DNA from: Candidatus Pacearchaeota archaeon | Lineage (GTDB): Archaea > Nanobdellota > Nanobdellia > Pacearchaeales > GW2011-AR1 | Direction: 5' to 3' | NCBI GenBank assembly: GCA_017609405.1 | Contig: JAFCDZ010000001.1 | Coordinates: 24,880 to 88,879 of the forward strand | Length of the DNA: 64,000 bases | Part shown: in pieces, positions 59,539 through 64,000 of the stretch | Layout of the letters: each line of letters starts with the position of its first letter | Numbering within the stretch: position 1 is the first letter of the stretch | The notes under the pieces: model-generated | The model's database searches: none | Told to the model about the DNA's origin: nothing | Seen by the model: only the letters and a program-made list of their open reading frames with translations | Translations under genes and position numbers: made by a program

Positions 59539-59792
59539 AAAAAATTATAACATTCCTAATTTAAAAGTTTATAGAAATTTGAATATATTAAGGAGTTTCA
59601 ATCAAGAATAATAAATTACAAAGGAGTTTTAAAAGGGATTAATAAAAAAGAACAGTATAAGAAATGCTTTTTGTACTTGCTCAGTTGAACACTGTTCTAA
59701 AATAATTTCAATTAACCCCTGAAGAAAGAATATCAAGGGTGAAGAAATTCGAAAATAGAAAGGTATTTAAATAAAACTTCAAAAATTGATAT

Positions 59793-60164
59793 ATGGTAAC
59801 AAGAACTGGAAGAAAGATAACTGGTGGAAGATACAAAAAAAGCAGGAAAAAGAAAGCCTATGAAAGACAAGGGCAAAGAAGAATTGTAAAAGTAAGAGAC
59901 AAAGAAAAAAGAAAAAACCTTCGTGCAAGAGGAGGAAACATAAAAACAGTTTTATATTCTGCAAAATATGTTAATGTAGTTGATGAAAAAAAAGCAATAA
60001 AATTAGAAATAAAAAGGGTTCTTGAAACACCTTCAAACAGATTCCTCGCAAGACAAGGGATTATAACAAAAGGAGCAATCATTGAAACTGAAAAAGGAAA
60101 AGTAAAAATAACCAATAGACCAAGTCAAGAAGGTATTGTAAATGGGATTTTTATAAAAGAATAA
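59793..60164 (+). CDS. rps8e: 30S ribosomal protein S8e
   Basis: RK.TGG, RARGGN, IITKGAII, RPSQEG.VN. Confidence 0.96.
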   Translation: MVTRTGRKITGGRYKKSRKKKAYERQGQRRIVKVRDKEKRKNLRARGGNIKTVLYSAKYVNVVDEKKAIKLEIKRVLETPSNRFLARQGIITKGAIIETEKGKVKITNRPSQEGIVNGIFIKE

Positions 60165-60379
60165 TCTTATAGAATTTGTCAGAGTTCTATTAATCTAAAC
60201 CAAAGGTTCGAATCAGAATTAATAATGCGGGAGACAGGATTCGGGCCTCATGGCGATTTCTTAAATCGACATTGACAAAATCTTTGATTTTAGTCTTGTT
60301 ATAAACATTCGACCTGATACGCTTACTCACTTCGTTTGTAATCATATCAAACCCAAAGGGTTCGAATCAGAATTAATAA
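60165..60379 (-). repeat. tRNA-linked hairpin cassette array: one full 154-bp unit plus a truncated second unit
   Basis: 60226-60243 copies tRNA nt 56-73; 60197-60225 repeats the cassette 5' part (60349-60379). Confidence 0.92.
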
Positions 60380-60463
60380 TGCGGGAGACAGGATTCGAAC
60401 CTGCGCAGGCACTAAGCCACAGGATCTTAAGTCCTGCCCGTTTGACCGCTCCGGCACTCCCGC
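60380..60463 (-). tRNA. tRNA-Leu(UAA)
   Basis: GCGGGAG acceptor, anticodon arm CAGGA-CTTAAGA-TCCTG, long variable arm, T-arm GCAGG-TTCGAAT-CCTGT. Confidence 0.96.
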
Positions 60464-60499
60464 CTAATAAAAAAAAGAGAAGAAGACAATATAAAAACT

Positions 60500-61438
60500 T
60501 TATGAATTAGATTTTTTCTTCTTTTTTAACTCAGATTCTTTTTCATGAACTTTTTCCTCAAGCTTAAGTTTTTCAATTAATTCTTTATATCTGTTTCTTA
60601 TTGTAACTTCTGTTATTCCTGCAACATCTGCAACCTCTCTCTGCGTCTTTTTCTCATCATTCATCAATGCAGCAACATATAAAGCAGCAGCTGCAATTCC
60701 TGCAGGACCTCTTCCAGAAGTTAGCTCAGAACCAACAGCTTCGTCAAGAATTTTAATTGCTTCATTTTGAGTTTTTGGAGAAAGATTTAAAACAGAAGAA
60801 AATCTCAAGATATAATCTTTTGGTGAGCTTTGTTTAACCTTAATTCCCAATTTTCTTACTATAAATCTGTATGTCCTTCCAATCTCTTTTCTCTCAACAT
60901 TTGAAGCAGTTGCCATCTCATCCAAAGTTCTTGGGATATTATATGAACGACAAGCAGCATATAAACATGCAGCAATAACTGATTCCATACTCCTTCCCCT
61001 AACCAAACCTCTTTGAAGAACATAATTGTAAATTCTTGCTGCCTCATCTCTTATAACATTTGGAAGATGAAGATAAGAAGCAATAACCCTTAATTCAGCC
61101 ATAGCAAGCCTAAGATTTCTCTCAATAGATGTAGAAACCCTTTCTTGCCACTTTTTTAATCTTAAGAATTTTCTTGTCTGAGAAGGGTCTAATTTATAAA
61201 TATCTGATATTTCTCCAACATTTGTTGTCAAACCCCCATCAAATTTCTGCATAGAAATTGGTGCTCCACCCCTGCTTGTTTTTTCTGTTTTATCAAATTT
61301 TCCTCCAGCATCACGCCCCTCATCAACCATACTCTCTTCAACAACAAGACCGCAATCATTACAGATTATCTCTCCTTTTTGAGGATCATAAGTTAAATTA
61401 ACACTTCCACACTCAGGACATTTTTTTATTGCGTGCAT
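60500..61438 (-). CDS. tfb: Transcription initiation factor IIB
   Basis: CPECGS...CNDCG zinc ribbon, ERNL..A, RGRS, GR.PAG.AAA, EVTIRNRY. Confidence 0.97.
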   Translation of the reverse strand: MHAIKKCPECGSVNLTYDPQKGEIICNDCGLVVEESMVDEGRDAGGKFDKTEKTSRGGAPISMQKFDGGLTTNVGEISDIYKLDPSQTRKFLRLKKWQERVSTSIERNLRLAMAELRVIASYLHLPNVIRDEAARIYNYVLQRGLVRGRSMESVIAACLYAACRSYNIPRTLDEMATASNVERKEIGRTYRFIVRKLGIKVKQSSPKDYILRFSSVLNLSPKTQNEAIKILDEAVGSELTSGRGPAGIAAAALYVAALMNDEKKTQREVADVAGITEVTIRNRYKELIEKLKLEEKVHEKESELKKKKKSNS

Positions 61439-61574
61439 TTTAGAACTTAACAATAGTAAAATTTAAAAAGGATAACCCTTTTTAAAGCTTTCGGTTTATA
61501 ATTAAATAAAAGTAACCACTATACAATAACTACAAAACCAAAAGATTTATAAACCCTAAAATCTTAAGAAAACC

Positions 61575-62309
61575 ATGACAAAAACACTCACAGATAAATT
61601 AAAACAAGGAGCAAGAAGCGCTATTGCTGGAGCATCACTTGCAGCAATTGCTTTAGGAATTGGCTCAGGATGTAGTTCAACAAGATACCCAGTAGTAAGA
61701 ATTGGGAAAACAGATTATTCAGATTTTGGAGATGGGTATCTCTTTCATTCAAAAACTACTACTGAGAAGAAGAAGGGAGAACAAACTATTAAAACAAAAA
61801 AAGAATACCTTCTCTTAACTCCTGCTATTGATAAAAACCACCAGAGAGGTGGAGACCCAATTATTGATAGAGTTTATCTTAATCCTAATGAGATTTATGC
61901 GAGATTAAATGAGGAGGGTTTAGAAAAAGTTGCAGAAGCAACAGAAAAAGGAAAAGAAGTTGAATTAGACGAAAATGATTTCAGATTTAGCCCTTGGGAG
62001 TATGTAACAATAGGTAACAAAGAGTATGTTTATTTCAGAACAGACTTAAATAATGTAGAAGGTGTAGACCCATATAATTCATCAACCCCAAGAAAATTAT
62101 CAGTTAATGAAGACATGAAGAAGGGTGAATATTCACTAATTTTACCAAAAAGAAATCTCAGAGTTATATATAATCCTTCTGAAAACAATTTCTCAGTAAA
62201 ATATCCAAATGGTGGAAGAGTAATAATAGAAACAGAAGAGCCGAGATTAAAAAGCACTGATGTTATAAGGGCTGAAGCATTAAGCCCAGAAAAAGAAGAA
62301 GAGAAATAA
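61575..62309 (+). CDS. Putative lipoprotein
   Basis: Signal peptide with lipobox-like GSGC; AAAAGATTTATAAA promoter. Confidence 0.65.
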   Translation: MTKTLTDKLKQGARSAIAGASLAAIALGIGSGCSSTRYPVVRIGKTDYSDFGDGYLFHSKTTTEKKKGEQTIKTKKEYLLLTPAIDKNHQRGGDPIIDRVYLNPNEIYARLNEEGLEKVAEATEKGKEVELDENDFRFSPWEYVTIGNKEYVYFRTDLNNVEGVDPYNSSTPRKLSVNEDMKKGEYSLILPKRNLRVIYNPSENNFSVKYPNGGRVIIETEEPRLKSTDVIRAEALSPEKEEEK

Positions 62310-62351
62310 AAGAAACAAGATTTAGGTAAGTCTTCTGATGAAATAGATATC

Positions 62352-64000
62352 TTAAGAAGAAGTTCTAATAATTCTTACTGGTCTCTTCATCTCCTCAAAG
62401 TATTCTTTTTCAGCAAGAGCTTTTAATAAGCGAGCCTTAAGAAGGATTAATTTAGCTTTCTGCCAATTATAGAAAACTTGTTTGCTGTCTAACATATATT
62501 GATTAACATCTATTTTACTAATTAATTTATTTATATCATCAGTTTTCTTACTTTTAATTGCATCAGAAGCTTGTTTCACAAATTTTCTAAAACCATCTAT
62601 TGTAACATAATTTTCACCCTGAAGATATTCCTGAGTCTTAGATAAAACAATATTATCTCCTAATTTAGATGAAAAAGCATCTTTTACACTTTGTGTATCC
62701 AACCAGCATCTTATTTTTTCATCTCCGCAATAACCAACATCAACCCATCTTTGATTGTTTTCTCCACCAGGATTATTTGTTGCGCATATTCTTATGATTC
62801 CTCTCTGATTAATATTTGGATTAATTAATTCCTGAGCACCCTCTTCTAAATTTGGTGAAGCAAGAGCAAGAAGAGAGGCAGAGCCAAATTTACATTCTTT
62901 CTCTGTTGTAACTTTTTTAGAAATCTGTTGCTCAAGATATTTATCTTTAATATAATTAACTGCTAAAGATGTGGAAACCTGCTTAAATCCGCATTTCTCA
63001 TCATTATCAACCATTACACAAAGCTCTCTATAACCTGAAGGAGCAGTGAAATCTTTTTTGTTTGAAACATACTGGCCAATAGGTATATATCCTGTATCAA
63101 CAATTCTTGTATAAGTATCACTATAAACAGAAGTTCCAACAGGATTTTTCAAATAAACTTTATAATAAACTCCATGGTCTTTTCCAGCATAAATGTGATA
63201 AAACACACTATACTGAGATACTGGAGGAATTGTAGCAGTTGTAAATGGAATTTCATCAAACCTTGCATGGAATTGCGGAGGAGACCTTGCTTCCTTCAAA
63301 GCAGTAAGAGCTTTTAATTCTGGGAATGAAGCTGACATACTTCTCCTACAAAAATCAGAGCCAACCTCTTCAGTTGACTTTAATTTAAATGCTCTTAAAT
63401 TAGCAGAAGCATATTGAGTAGTAAAATAATTCAAAGATTTTTTTGCATTTTCCCAAGCAGCTGTAAATCCTTCATACTCTCCACCACCCCGCCCCTTAAA
63501 CCCTCTAAGAACATATTCAATCATATTTGGTAAAAGAGAATCAACCATTGGAGCAACCTGCCTCCAAAAAAACTCACAAGTATAAATACTGTGCAATTCA
63601 TCGCAAATACCAACAACTCTTCCGCTCTTTAAATTCTCGCTCAAGCAATCCCTATAAGACCTCAAAATAGAAATATAACCATCCATTCCTGCCTTAATAC
63701 CGCTAAGACAAACAGGAATTAAAACACCTCCATTAGAAGGGCTTCCAAAATTAGGCAAGCATAAAACAGTGCTTCCTATTATACCTGATTGAATAACATC
63801 GCTCACTGGAAAAAGACCACCAAAGTCGCATCTACTTGATGGACAGATAACAGGGTCGCAAACATTAAACAATAAAACACAGCTTCTTGGAGACATAAAA
63901 TCATAGCATTTAGTCATTGGAATATCTGCTGCAAAATCACCAACCTTAACAGGCATTCCTAAAATTGTTATAAACCTTCCCTTAGAAGTTCTTTTTCTCT
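62352..64000 (-). CDS. C-terminal part of a large Cys-rich, probably extracellular protein (runs off window end)
   Basis: Frame stays open past 63956 to the window end; dense Cys clusters (CDPVICPSSRCD, LCLPN, VCLSG, GICDE). Confidence 0.8.
   Translation of the reverse strand, partial: RKRTSKGRFITILGMPVKVGDFAADIPMTKCYDFMSPRSCVLLFNVCDPVICPSSRCDFGGLFPVSDVIQSGIIGSTVLCLPNFGSPSNGGVLIPVCLSGIKAGMDGYISILRSYRDCLSENLKSGRVVGICDELHSIYTCEFFWRQVAPMVDSLLPNMIEYVLRGFKGRGGGEYEGFTAAWENAKKSLNYFTTQYASANLRAFKLKSTEEVGSDFCRRSMSASFPELKALTALKEARSPPQFHARFDEIPFTTATIPPVSQYSVFYHIYAGKDHGVYYKVYLKNPVGTSVYSDTYTRIVDTGYIPIGQYVSNKKDFTAPSGYRELCVMVDNDEKCGFKQVSTSLAVNYIKDKYLEQQISKKVTTEKECKFGSASLLALASPNLEEGAQELINPNINQRGIIRICATNNPGGENNQRWVDVGYCGDEKIRCWLDTQSVKDAFSSKLGDNIVLSKTQEYLQGENYVTIDGFRKFVKQASDAIKSKKTDDINKLISKIDVNQYMLDSKQVFYNWQKAKLILLKARLLKALAEKEYFEEMKRPVRIIRTSS

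Noticed and set aside
14880-60463. tRNA cassettes as BHB introns, split tRNAs or permuted tRNAs
   Set aside because: Each tRNA is already complete upstream, the extra piece is only nt 56-73, and I found no bulge-helix-bulge at the junctions.

Overview
AT-rich chromosomal segment of a small-genome archaeon, most likely DPANN and Pacearchaeota-like. This placement is inferred from the gene set (AglB, TFB, Cbf5, FEN1, PolB, GatD, eS19/eL39/eL31/eS8, Lsm) and from largely leaderless genes with a TATA box about 22-25 nt before the ATG. Bases 1-14 kb are an N-glycosylation/surface-glycan cluster. The rest is housekeeping: an NrdR-controlled class III RNR operon with an intein and a separately encoded glycyl-radical peptide, an NrtR-controlled NAPRTase/radical-SAM operon with visible operators, a DHS/decarboxylase operon, toxin-antitoxin pairs with broken toxins, and three tRNAs. 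The most unusual signal is a family of short non-coding hairpin cassettes that duplicate the 3' end of the gene they follow. All three tRNAs (Trp, Arg, Leu) carry a 69-136 nt four-way-junction element with shared ends and covarying stems, followed by an 18-nt copy of tRNA positions 56-73. Two protein genes (a HerA-like ATPase and an m5C methyltransferase) show the same layout: anti-target arm, tandem G.A hairpin, displaced 3' end, tandem amplification. No integrase, reverse transcriptase, transposase or CRISPR array is visible in the window. All structures were derived by eye and need computational confirmation.
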